From assembly GCA_030765485.1 (NCBI GenBank), contig JAVCCR010000014.1, positions 14,332 through 78,331 on the forward strand: a DNA stretch of 64,000 bases, read 5' to 3'. A program made the position numbers and the translations under genes. The number at the start of each line of letters is the position of its first letter. Within the stretch, counting starts at the first letter, position 1. This document shows, piece by piece, positions 39,067 to 48,852 of the stretch. Origin of the DNA: Candidatus Gygaella obscura (GTDB lineage Bacteria; Omnitrophota; Gorgyraeia; Gygaellales; Gygaellaceae). Under the pieces are notes generated by a model, which had not been told where the DNA came from, searched no databases, and saw nothing but the letters and a program-made list of their open reading frames with translations.

Positions 39067-40721
39067 CTAAATTTTATCCTTTAATACTATTTATTTTATT
39101 TCTCTCTGTTTATTTAACTACTTTTACTCAGACCCACCGTTGTTTTAACCAGGATGGTCTTGAGAATATGCAGTTTATCTCCAGCGAAGACTTTCAAATT
39201 TTCAATGCGCGTGATATAGGTTATCGGATTACCGGTAGGTTTATATATGATGTATTTAAATTGTTAGGATGGCAGGGTTCAGCAATGATTCCACTGCAAT
39301 CCTTGAGTGCTTTTTTTGGGGCTATAGCAGTGGTATGTATTTACCTTATTATATTTAAAATAATTAATAACTATAGTTTAGCTTTTATAATTTCATTATT
39401 TTTTGGTTTTTCTCACTCATTCTGGTTTTTCAGTACTGAAGCAACAGGCAGGATATACTGTCTATTCTTTGGTTTGCTGTCATTGTTATTTTTGTTTTAT
39501 AGGTTTAATTTTAAACAGAGCTATATTTATTTGATGGTTTTTTCTTTCTCCGTATCTTCTGTTATAGATTCATCTTCGCTTTTGTTTTTGCCTTTGTTAA
39601 TCTTAGGAATAATTCTGATTAACGAAAATAGAAAACAGAGCTATAAGGACGCATTAATATTTGCTGCTTTTTCTCTTGCGATAATGGCGGTTTTTCATCT
39701 AGCGTTATATACTATTAAATATAGCTCTATATCTTTAAGTGGGTTGTTTGGTTTTATTTTTAATAAGTCTCCCTCTAAAGGATTAAGTTTTTCAAAGATG
39801 TTTTTTACTGCATGGGAATCACTCATCGCTAATGGCAACATTCATTCTGATTCGATAAGATTAATGTTTTTTCCTGGAAATATTTTAGAGCTTCATAGAG
39901 GTTTTATTGTTTTTTTCTCAGCTTTAGCAGGATTTATTATTATTAGTTTAGTGTTTTTAAGAAAAAAGGTAAGTTTTTTTCATCGTAAGATTATTATATG
40001 GATGTTACTTTTTTTATTTCTGCCCTTACCTTTTTTTGCTTATCAAGAGGCAAACGCTTTAGAATATTATATTATCAGTTTGGTGCCTTTTTGGATAATC
40101 GTTGCTGTAGTTTGCTACTATTTAATTAAAAGGTTTAGGGTAATCAACTATTTACTGCCTGTTGTTTTGGTTGTTTTTGTTTTTAATAATTTTTTATTCA
40201 GTATTTTTCCTCGCACAGACGCTAGAAATAGCTTTTACTACCCGCATTATAAATATCTAAAAAAAGATTTTAATTCTCAGGAGTTAACTATTGTGTTTAC
40301 ATTTGATTACATTTTTAGTCTTAATATGCGAATAATTGATTCGAGGCTAAAAACAAACATTCACAAACAAGCTATTTTCATCGATAATTACAGCAAGATA
40401 AACGATAAATACTATGAATATTTGCTTAAAGAAGTCGCTGCGTACGATAAGGTAAAGATTGTTTTTCTTTTATGCTCGCCAGTGAAATCGCCAGATAGAA
40501 TAAAGGTAATTAATGATCAAATAAATAGATACAAGTATATTTACTCAGATTTTATTTTTGATGTTGTTTTATTGAATAGGTGTCCGTGGATAAGCGAATA
40601 TATTGGAAGATACGTCGACTTTCAAGAATTTCTATTAGGGATTGGTAATTTAGGATTTAAACCATTGTTTATGAGTGAGGGTCCATTTGAAGATATTGTT
40701 AGTATAGAGTTCAGAAAGTAA
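39048..40721 (+). CDS. Polytopic membrane protein, probable GT-C (lipid-linked donor) glycosyltransferase
   Basis: About 11 TM helices, acidic NQDG motif in the first loop, FSHSFWFFSTEA; near a DPM1-like gene. Confidence 0.55.
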   Translation: MQTKRIAKFYPLILFILFLSVYLTTFTQTHRCFNQDGLENMQFISSEDFQIFNARDIGYRITGRFIYDVFKLLGWQGSAMIPLQSLSAFFGAIAVVCIYLIIFKIINNYSLAFIISLFFGFSHSFWFFSTEATGRIYCLFFGLLSLLFLFYRFNFKQSYIYLMVFSFSVSSVIDSSSLLFLPLLILGIILINENRKQSYKDALIFAAFSLAIMAVFHLALYTIKYSSISLSGLFGFIFNKSPSKGLSFSKMFFTAWESLIANGNIHSDSIRLMFFPGNILELHRGFIVFFSALAGFIIISLVFLRKKVSFFHRKIIIWMLLFLFLPLPFFAYQEANALEYYIISLVPFWIIVAVVCYYLIKRFRVINYLLPVVLVVFVFNNFLFSIFPRTDARNSFYYPHYKYLKKDFNSQELTIVFTFDYIFSLNMRIIDSRLKTNIHKQAIFIDNYSKINDKYYEYLLKEVAAYDKVKIVFLLCSPVKSPDRIKVINDQINRYKYIYSDFIFDVVLLNRCPWISEYIGRYVDFQEFLLGIGNLGFKPLFMSEGPFEDIVSIEFRK

Positions 40722-40751
40722 AGCCGATATTTCAGAAGAATCAGTAAAGGG

Positions 40752-43700
40752 ATGATTAAAAAGATGAATTTAGTAAAGTATGCCGAGATTATTGTGAATA
40801 ATCAAAAGATTAATGAATCGGAATTTCGAAAAGGCAGAATAACGCTTAAATCTTATCCGCCAAATGTCTTTATGCAGCTCGATGGACCTTGTAACCATAA
40901 TTGCATATTTTGTTCTCGCCCTGAAAAATATGATTATTTTAATTTAGAAGAATTTAAGAAGCGTTTTGTTGATATTATGCCAGTTTTTTTAAATGCAAAA
41001 ATGATTTATCTTACAGGCGCAGGAGAATTTTTAATGCTTCCTGATAGTCTAGATATAATTAAATTCTTTGATAATAATTTTCCCGCCTCTGGCAAAAGCT
41101 TTGCTACAAATGCAACATGTTTTAATAACTATATTTTTAATTATTTAGAAAGCATCAAGAGTAATTTTAGTATTCAGGTGTCTTTGCATGCTAGTAACGC
41201 TGAGTTACATAAAAAACTAGTTGGTAGATATGATTTTGATCAAACTATTCAAAATTTAAGTAGATTATTGGCTATTTCGGAAAATAACCGTAATTTGGAT
41301 GTTTATGCCATGTTTGTTTTAAATACGCTTAATATTTCGGATTTGCCTGAATTTGTAAAGCTGTGTAGTTCTATGGGTATAAGAAAAGTGTGTTGTAATT
41401 ATAATTCTGTTTATAGATTGGATCAGAAAAAACTTTCTTTATTTTTTAATCAGGCAAAAGCTAACGATGTTCTTAATTCAGTGCGTTCTTTAGCTTCAGA
41501 TCTTTCTATTGAGATTAATTTACCTCCTTTATTTGCGAAAGATAATTCCTATTACAAATTCTGTAAGGATTATTGCAGTGATCCTTGGTATCAGATAATG
41601 CTTAATTTCAAGGGAGAAGTTATGCCTTGCTGTTTATTTGAGGGGGTTGCTCCGGGGAATATACTGGAACAAGGGTTTAAAAAGATTTGGAATGGGGAAG
41701 TTTATAAAGCGTTGAGGGAATCAATACTCAATAAGAAAAAAGCTATTTATTGTAATTATTGCATAGAAAACAATCCGGAATCTGTGAATCATATCAAATC
41801 TCATTTGATAATTCGAGGAAAGAACAAACAAGAACTTCAGGAATTTCTTAAGCCAGAGTTTGATACGAGAGTTACTATTGATGAAAATAAAATGATTCAA
41901 TTTGTTTGGCGTTTGAACTACGAATGCAATTTTAATTGTCCTTATTGTTCAGTGATGTATTGGGGCGAAGAAAAAATTACCAGAAAAGACAAAACAGTGT
42001 TTTTATCAGTCGATGAATGGATTGAGCATTGGGAAAAGATATACGATATATACGGAAGTGTGGAGATTCATATTGTAGGTGGAGAGCCAACTATTTATCC
42101 AGGGTTTTTTAAATTGGTGGAAAGATTATCTAAAAAGCATTATTTCGGTTTTGATACTAATCTTTCTGCTGATTTTACAGATTTTATAAAAACTATTCCT
42201 CCTGAAAGAGTTAGTTTTGGTATTGGGGCAAGTTTTCATCCTACGCAGACCAAATTCGAAGATTTCATAAATAAGGTTGATAGGTTAGCAAGGGCAAATT
42301 TTAAGATATGGATAAATTATGTAGCATATCCTGAGCAATTAAACGAAATAGCTTATTATAAAAACGAGGTAGAAAAAAGAGGGTATCATTTTGTGATGCA
42401 ACCTTTTTGCGGTAAATACAAAGATAAAATCTATCCTAAGGAATATATAGATAATGAAAAAAACATAATGAGAGGTCTTGCAAAAGGTAATAGCGTTCTA
42501 GAAGAGAATATGCAGTATCAGCTTGAGCAGAAGATAGTAAAAGGTAAGCTTTGTTATGCAGGTATGAAGTTTGCTTTTATACATGCAGACGGTACTATAA
42601 AAAGATGCGGCGAGGGGCCAAGTCCTGCTATTGGTAATTTTTTCGATAAAGAGTTTAGGCTTTTTGATAAGCCGTTGCCCTGTGATTGTGATACATGCTA
42701 TTGTGAGTTTAAATGGTTGGTGGAGAATGAAAGAAAGACCACGCAGCAAGAAGAAAATAAGAGCTTAATTGTAAAGCAAGTCAAGAATAGTGATTTTGGA
42801 GATAAATTCAAGAAGATCAATAGATTAATTATGGATGATGAGTTAGATGAGTCAAAAAAAATTGCTAGAGAGGTTTTGGATTGTGATAAAGACAACGGTA
42901 ATGGTTTTAGTGTTATGGCAAAAATATACCGTATGAAAGCACAGTCGATAGATTTGGTTTCGGCTAGGGAAGATTATGCTTATTTAGCCAAGTCTAATAT
43001 AAAACGGGCATTGGAATATGACCCTGATGATTTATCTGCACAGTTGGAAGCTATTCGTATTTTTATTATCGATAAGGACGTAATTGCAGCAAAAAAGATT
43101 TTTGATAATATAATGATTAAATATCCAGAATCTGAAGAGGCACATGCACTGGTTAAAAGAATAGAGCATTTAAATAGAGAACTTCATAGAAGTCATCAAG
43201 CTGTTGAGATTTTTCGTAAAGAAAAGAATATTTTTTCAAGAATAAAATCAAAGGTAATAGCAAAAGATATGAGATTTTCTTATCGAGTTATTTTCGATTG
43301 GGATATGCATTATGATTGTAATTATAGTTGCTCATATTGTTACTATAAAAATAAATGGAATGAGTTATCGTTAAAAAACATATATCCTGGTAACAGTAAA
43401 CTAATACGGATATGGAGTAATATTTATGATACTTTCGGTAAGTGTTTTATAAGACTTAATGGTAGAGAACCAAGTGTGTACCCTGATTTTTTCAATCTTA
43501 TAAAAGGTCTTTCTTTAAAACATACATTGGAATTAAATACGAATCTGTTTTTTGATTTTGAAAGATTGATAGAGACGGTTGCTCCTGAAAACGTAAGTAT
43601 TAAAGCAATTTTCCATAAAGAAAATGTGAGTTTAGAATCATTTTTGAATAAGGCAAGTTATCTTAACAGGCATGGTTTCCAGGTAAGCGTTGTTTGTTTG

Positions 43701-44147
43701 GCTCATCCGGATAATTTAAATGAACTTTATAGGATAAAACAAGCCGTAGAAGATATTAATCTTACTTTTCTGATTGAACCGTTTCAAGGAGTATATAAAG
43801 AATTAGAATATCCCCATGGGTATTCTTTTGAACAAATGAGAATTATTTCGGATATAGTAGCTTTTTCACCTGTGAATAAACTTATTTTCGAGCCAATTCT
43901 TAGGAAAGAAAAGATAATAAATAATGATAGGCGGTTATGCAGGATGGGCCAGCTTTATGTAAAGGTTTTTTCTGATGGTGAGATATATCGCTGTAGAGAT
44001 AATTTATCAGAGAAAATCGGTAATCTTTACAATGATGATAATCTTTTTGTTTGGAACGAACCTAGATATTGTGACAAGAAAAGCTGTTCTTATTGGAATG
44101 CAATGATTGTAGGTAAAGAAAAGAAATGGATTCGATATTGGAGATAA
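40752..44147 (+). CDS. Triple radical-SAM protein (rSAM/SPASM + rSAM + TPR + rSAM)
   Basis: Three CxxxCxxC motifs: CNHNCIFC, CNFNCPYC, CNYSCSYC, with TPR-like helices between the second and third. Confidence 0.88.
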   Translation: MIKKMNLVKYAEIIVNNQKINESEFRKGRITLKSYPPNVFMQLDGPCNHNCIFCSRPEKYDYFNLEEFKKRFVDIMPVFLNAKMIYLTGAGEFLMLPDSLDIIKFFDNNFPASGKSFATNATCFNNYIFNYLESIKSNFSIQVSLHASNAELHKKLVGRYDFDQTIQNLSRLLAISENNRNLDVYAMFVLNTLNISDLPEFVKLCSSMGIRKVCCNYNSVYRLDQKKLSLFFNQAKANDVLNSVRSLASDLSIEINLPPLFAKDNSYYKFCKDYCSDPWYQIMLNFKGEVMPCCLFEGVAPGNILEQGFKKIWNGEVYKALRESILNKKKAIYCNYCIENNPESVNHIKSHLIIRGKNKQELQEFLKPEFDTRVTIDENKMIQFVWRLNYECNFNCPYCSVMYWGEEKITRKDKTVFLSVDEWIEHWEKIYDIYGSVEIHIVGGEPTIYPGFFKLVERLSKKHYFGFDTNLSADFTDFIKTIPPERVSFGIGASFHPTQTKFEDFINKVDRLARANFKIWINYVAYPEQLNEIAYYKNEVEKRGYHFVMQPFCGKYKDKIYPKEYIDNEKNIMRGLAKGNSVLEENMQYQLEQKIVKGKLCYAGMKFAFIHADGTIKRCGEGPSPAIGNFFDKEFRLFDKPLPCDCDTCYCEFKWLVENERKTTQQEENKSLIVKQVKNSDFGDKFKKINRLIMDDELDESKKIAREVLDCDKDNGNGFSVMAKIYRMKAQSIDLVSAREDYAYLAKSNIKRALEYDPDDLSAQLEAIRIFIIDKDVIAAKKIFDNIMIKYPESEEAHALVKRIEHLNRELHRSHQAVEIFRKEKNIFSRIKSKVIAKDMRFSYRVIFDWDMHYDCNYSCSYCYYKNKWNELSLKNIYPGNSKLIRIWSNIYDTFGKCFIRLNGREPSVYPDFFNLIKGLSLKHTLELNTNLFFDFERLIETVAPENVSIKAIFHKENVSLESFLNKASYLNRHGFQVSVVCLAHPDNLNELYRIKQAVEDINLTFLIEPFQGVYKELEYPHGYSFEQMRIISDIVAFSPVNKLIFEPILRKEKIINNDRRLCRMGQLYVKVFSDGEIYRCRDNLSEKIGNLYNDDNLFVWNEPRYCDKKSCSYWNAMIVGKEKKWIRYWR

Positions 44148-45745
44148 AAACTGATAGTTCTAGGGTATTTTTGTATAGAAGAAATGTTTTTTTGCCTATA
44201 TTATTTGTTTTTTTAATCGTAGTTTTACATGCTGCTGTTAATTATTTTATTCTTGTCAGAAGTAGGTTTTGCTTATTAGGCGATTCAGCATTCCATTATT
44301 CGGAATCGTTTGTTTTTTTTAATCAGTTAAAACAATTCTTTAAAGCAGGCGATTTTATAGATTTTTTTAGAGATTATACAGCGATTGGTAGTAATTATCG
44401 TACACCCTTTTTAATGCTTGCAACAATCCCGTTTTATTTTATTTTTGGCGTTAGTCAGACCACTGCAATAATGTCTAATATGTTATTTTTTTTAGTGTTA
44501 GTTTCATCTGTTTACGGAATTGCCAGAATTTTATATAACCAAAAAACAGCTATTTTAGCAAGTTTAATTGTTTCGGTATTGCCGGGAATTTTTTCTCAAT
44601 CGAGAATATTCTTGCAAGATTTAGCTTTATCCGCAATGGTTGCATTATCTTTTTATCTTTTAATAAAATCAGACAATTTTAAGAATTTCAGGATTAGTTT
44701 AATTTTTGGTGTTATTTTTGGTTTAGGGTTACTTACAAAATGGTCTTATCCAATTTTTATGATTTTACCAATGCTGTTTATGGTTGATTGGAGAAGGGTA
44801 GTTGTAAAGAATCTATTTTTAGGGTTATCGATTGGGTTGTTAATTGCCTCGAGCTGGTATATACCAAATTTATCCAATATAATCTTAAGATTGCCAAAAT
44901 CGGCTTTTTCTATTTTAAACGTCAACAACGATAGATGGTATTATTATTTAGAGACTCTTTATGACTATCAGTTGTTACCTGTTTATTTTGCATTGCTTAT
45001 ATCTGGTATCACGTTTTTAGTTTTAAAAAAGGAATTTATTTTCCCATTGTTTGTGATTTTTCCAATTGTTTTGTTTTCTTTTTCTCACAATAAAGATGCA
45101 CGTTTTATTCTGCCAGTTTTTTTCGTCATTGCGATTATAATTGCCCGTTTTATAGTTTGGTTTGATAGAGAGCAGATATTGGTTAAGATTATAATTATTT
45201 TTTCATTAGTGCAGTTTATAGCTATTTGTTTTTTTCCAACCAAGACGCCTTGGATTAAGAAAATTATAAATGTTAATCGTGTGTATCCAGATAATATGCA
45301 GGGCCTTTATTTTGCTACAGATAGAGGAGATTGGAAGACAACACAGATTTTTGAAACGTTATCAGTGCACCTAAGTGATGATGCAGATAAAAAATATCAG
45401 GTTTTATCTATTCCCGCTTTGCCTGGTTTGCATTCACCGTTAATTATAGCGTCAGCAAAGGAGGCTTTGTCTGTTGAATTTATTTGTCCTGCTGAGTTTG
45501 ATCAGAGCTTAATAGATCAAGAAATAGATTTTGATAAAATTATTCATGATTCAGATTTTGTCATTACAAAAACCGGATATATGGGTATTTCATTCATAAA
45601 AGGCTTTTTGAATGAAACGAATAAGGCTTTTCTAAGGCACAAGCACGAATTTATAGTTTTAAAAACATTCAGCTTAGAACATGTTCCAGGAAGCGATATT
45701 GATGATTCTGTAGTATATCTTTATAAAAGGATTGATAAAAATTGA
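44126..45745 (+). CDS. ArnT/PMT-like GT-C glycosyltransferase
   Basis: GDSAFH, SRIFLQDL, GLGLLTKW, WYIPN, KDARFILP; multiple TM helices. Confidence 0.8.
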   Translation: MDSILEIKTDSSRVFLYRRNVFLPILFVFLIVVLHAAVNYFILVRSRFCLLGDSAFHYSESFVFFNQLKQFFKAGDFIDFFRDYTAIGSNYRTPFLMLATIPFYFIFGVSQTTAIMSNMLFFLVLVSSVYGIARILYNQKTAILASLIVSVLPGIFSQSRIFLQDLALSAMVALSFYLLIKSDNFKNFRISLIFGVIFGLGLLTKWSYPIFMILPMLFMVDWRRVVVKNLFLGLSIGLLIASSWYIPNLSNIILRLPKSAFSILNVNNDRWYYYLETLYDYQLLPVYFALLISGITFLVLKKEFIFPLFVIFPIVLFSFSHNKDARFILPVFFVIAIIIARFIVWFDREQILVKIIIIFSLVQFIAICFFPTKTPWIKKIINVNRVYPDNMQGLYFATDRGDWKTTQIFETLSVHLSDDADKKYQVLSIPALPGLHSPLIIASAKEALSVEFICPAEFDQSLIDQEIDFDKIIHDSDFVITKTGYMGISFIKGFLNETNKAFLRHKHEFIVLKTFSLEHVPGSDIDDSVVYLYKRIDKN

Positions 45746-46791
45746 TTATTTTTAAAAGAGCCTTAGGAAGTCTTATTTGTATAATTTTGGGTTTAGTTGC
45801 TGCAGTATTGATAGCCGAATTTATATTAAGGATTGTGCCTGTATGTAAAGAAAAGTATTCTTTCGATAAGTATGTTAATAGATTTGTTCCCATTGTTTCC
45901 TCAGATGACCTTGGTTCTTTATATAGGTTCTCTTCTTCTTTAGGTTATGAAAGAGTTCCTGATAGAGAAAGGGGTGTAAATTCTTTTGGGTTTATCGGAG
46001 AAGAAATCCAGCTAAAGAAAAAATACGGTGTATTTCGCATTATGGTTTTAGGAGACTCGTTAGCAGAACAGAATTTTTTTGTAGATTATTTGAGAAAGTT
46101 TATCAATGATAGAAGTCTTAAAGAAACAGTTGAGATAATTAATGCCGGCGTAGGCGGATACAACGTATGGCATTATTACCGGTATGTAACCAGCAAGGCT
46201 TTGAAGTTTAAGCCGGATGCGATTTTACTTAGTCTATGCCTTAATGATTTTCATCCAGATGTACATGCTTTTTATGGACAAGAGGGAGAGATTATTGAAT
46301 TTAATATTGAATCTTTTGAAACAAAGAAGATCCTATTATTTAGCTACAGTTTTTTTAAGAATTCTTTTGTTTATCGAGCATTAATAATTACTTTAGAAGA
46401 AATTTTATCAAAGTCTAGCGATAAGTCAGCGTTAGATAATGTTAAAAACTTTGCTTATGCCAATGAAGGTTTGTTTTTTATGAAGAAGATCAAACAGGTT
46501 TGCGATAGAAATAATATTGCTTTAGTTTGTTTTATTTGGCCTTATTTTATGCCTAATTCTGAATATAGTAATCTTCAGATGTATGAATATAATGATATGG
46601 TTAAGATCTTGGATTATTTAAGTATTGATTATTTAGACCTGCACAAATTATTCCCAGATAATAAAAGAAAAAATTTAAGGCTTAGAGAGGTTGATTATAT
46701 TCATCCTAATGCAGAAGCACATAAATCGGTTGCTTTAAGTATATTGCCAACAGTAGAGCAATTAATAATATCTGAGAGGAACAATGATTAA
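45742..46791 (+). CDS. Membrane-anchored SGNH/GDSL hydrolase (possible O-acyl transfer or removal)
   Basis: N-terminal TM, LGDSL, INAGVGGY, CLND, DYIHPN. Confidence 0.85.
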   Translation: MIIFKRALGSLICIILGLVAAVLIAEFILRIVPVCKEKYSFDKYVNRFVPIVSSDDLGSLYRFSSSLGYERVPDRERGVNSFGFIGEEIQLKKKYGVFRIMVLGDSLAEQNFFVDYLRKFINDRSLKETVEIINAGVGGYNVWHYYRYVTSKALKFKPDAILLSLCLNDFHPDVHAFYGQEGEIIEFNIESFETKKILLFSYSFFKNSFVYRALIITLEEILSKSSDKSALDNVKNFAYANEGLFFMKKIKQVCDRNNIALVCFIWPYFMPNSEYSNLQMYEYNDMVKILDYLSIDYLDLHKLFPDNKRKNLRLREVDYIHPNAEAHKSVALSILPTVEQLIISERNND

Positions 46792-47788
46792 TTGCATTAA
46801 TATTGTTAAAAGAATCGGAAGATTTTTTATAAAATTGCAACAGCAAAACGACGATTGCTTGAGTCAGAAAATTTTGTTAGTAGATAGTCCTCAGGTTTGG
46901 TTAGGTCATTTGAATTCCGCGATCATAAGGACAAAAAAGATTTTTCCCAATGGCAATATCTTTGTTTTGACTAATTTTGAAAGAAAGACAAGCTTAGAAG
47001 CGGAATTCGATGATTTAAGCTATATTCTTTTTGGACAAAATAATTGCCGTAGTATAGGGAATCTTATTAAACTAATTAGGGCGAAAAAATATAATTTTGA
47101 TTTTGTTTTGTTGATTTCTTTAGATTTTACGTTTATTGCCGCAAGCCTTATTTGTTTAAAGAAGATAATTTATTTATATAATCAGTGGGGACAGTGGTGG
47201 AAGGTAAGTTTTAGAGATGCATTGTTTATGTTTAAAAGAGCTTACTATGTTAAGAAAAAAAAGTCAATTTTAATAGAGTTTATTAGTAGAGTGGGTTTAT
47301 TTTTTGTTTGCATCAGGAAAATAAATGAAGATGATCTGTGCAAAAGTTATTTCTTAAGACCTGATAAAAAAACAGTTTTTAAAGATATAGAATGCGCGAT
47401 AAACAAAATTAAGCTGTATTCGCCTTATTCTAAGGTTTATTGTGAAGCAATTAAATATAAAAAGAATATATTAGAAATTCATCCTGATATCATTTTTGTT
47501 GATAAAAATACAAGGAAAAGCTTTCTTAAGGATGCAAGTAACATAATAGTTTTTAGCCTAAGTTTACCTATTATTTTTGATAGTTTTATTTCCAAAAAGA
47601 GCCGATTGCTGTTATTTAACCGTTGGCATCAATGGTGGAAGATTAGTTTTAAAAATTTAAGGGATTATTTGATTTCTCTTTTATCATTTCTGGGGGATGT
47701 TTTTATTTTTATCTTTCTTATTATGAGAGTAAGTATTATTTTTCTAAAAAGGATGTTTTTTACAGTCGACTATATTAATGAGGAGTAA
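46784..47788 (+). CDS. Hypothetical protein with internal duplication and a GT9-like N-terminal strand-helix
   Basis: Repeated YNQWGQWWKVSF / FNRWHQWWKISF; KILLV...KKIFPNGNIFVLT resembles the GT9 N-terminus. Confidence 0.55.
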   Translation: MINCINIVKRIGRFFIKLQQQNDDCLSQKILLVDSPQVWLGHLNSAIIRTKKIFPNGNIFVLTNFERKTSLEAEFDDLSYILFGQNNCRSIGNLIKLIRAKKYNFDFVLLISLDFTFIAASLICLKKIIYLYNQWGQWWKVSFRDALFMFKRAYYVKKKKSILIEFISRVGLFFVCIRKINEDDLCKSYFLRPDKKTVFKDIECAINKIKLYSPYSKVYCEAIKYKKNILEIHPDIIFVDKNTRKSFLKDASNIIVFSLSLPIIFDSFISKKSRLLLFNRWHQWWKISFKNLRDYLISLLSFLGDVFIFIFLIMRVSIIFLKRMFFTVDYINEE

Positions 47789-47790
47789 AG

Positions 47791-48849
47791 ATGGTTAATA
47801 ATGTAAGGCAATTTAGTTCAGATAAGATCCTTAAACACCTAGACAGGGTAGTTGATTGGTTTAATGGTAATAATCCTTATCCTGTTACGGTTGAACTTGA
47901 TTTAACAAACGTTTGTAATCATAAATGTCCTGCTTGTACGGGTTGGGTTAAGAAGCAAAGAGATTTATCTATGTTGCCAGTTAATTTGACAAAAAAAATT
48001 ATTAATCAGTTGGCTTACGTAAAGATACGTGGACTAATTTTTACCGGTGGTGGTGAGCCATTATGCTATCCTCATGTCAGAGAGATTCTTAACTATGCAG
48101 CTAAGGAGAATTTTGATATTGCTTTTATAACGAATGGTTCTTTGTTGAATAAGGAAATAGCAGATCAGCTATTAAGAGTTTGTACTTGGGTTAGGGTTTC
48201 TCTTGATGCAGCCACACCAATGGTTTTTAGGAAAACACACGGTCTAGATAGAAAGAACTTTTTAACGGTAACTGAGAATATAAGATTATTAGCTAAAAGG
48301 AAAAAAGAGCTTAAAAGCAATACTGCGGTAGGAGTTGGTTTTTTAACATGTCAATATTCAAAAGGGCAAATGTATAAAGCTACTCTTCTTTGTAAGTCGT
48401 TAGGTGTTGACTACATACAATTTCGTCCAATGCAGATTGTTTCAGAAGGTAGATTAACTTACGATTTAATGAATATAGATAGGCAGTTAGTTAAATGTAT
48501 GGAAGAAGAAACAGCAAATTTTAAGGTTCTTTATTCAAAACATAAATATGAAATGATGAAAGAACCAAAATTCGGTAGATATTATAAGAAATGTTTCGGT
48601 CAACAGTTTGCAACTGTCATCTCGGCTGATGCAAAAATGTATGTTTGCTGTCATATGCGAGGTAATAATAAATATTGTATCGGAGATTTGCATAAAAGTT
48701 CATTCAAGAAGATCTGGAATTCTAATAAAAGGAAAAAAGTTGTTGAGTCTATTGATTTTAAAGATTGTGTACCTTTATGTCGTGACAATACATTCAATCA
48801 GGTGCTTTGGAATATTAAAGAAAAACGAGAACACGTTAATTTTTTATAA
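47791..48849 (+). CDS. Radical SAM/SPASM(twitch) protein
   Basis: CNHKCPAC, TGGGEP, RVSLDA, KCFG..YVCC..IGDL..DCVPLC; SD GAGGAG. Confidence 0.87.
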   Translation: MVNNVRQFSSDKILKHLDRVVDWFNGNNPYPVTVELDLTNVCNHKCPACTGWVKKQRDLSMLPVNLTKKIINQLAYVKIRGLIFTGGGEPLCYPHVREILNYAAKENFDIAFITNGSLLNKEIADQLLRVCTWVRVSLDAATPMVFRKTHGLDRKNFLTVTENIRLLAKRKKELKSNTAVGVGFLTCQYSKGQMYKATLLCKSLGVDYIQFRPMQIVSEGRLTYDLMNIDRQLVKCMEEETANFKVLYSKHKYEMMKEPKFGRYYKKCFGQQFATVISADAKMYVCCHMRGNNKYCIGDLHKSSFKKIWNSNKRKKVVESIDFKDCVPLCRDNTFNQVLWNIKEKREHVNFL

Positions 48850-48852
48850 CTA

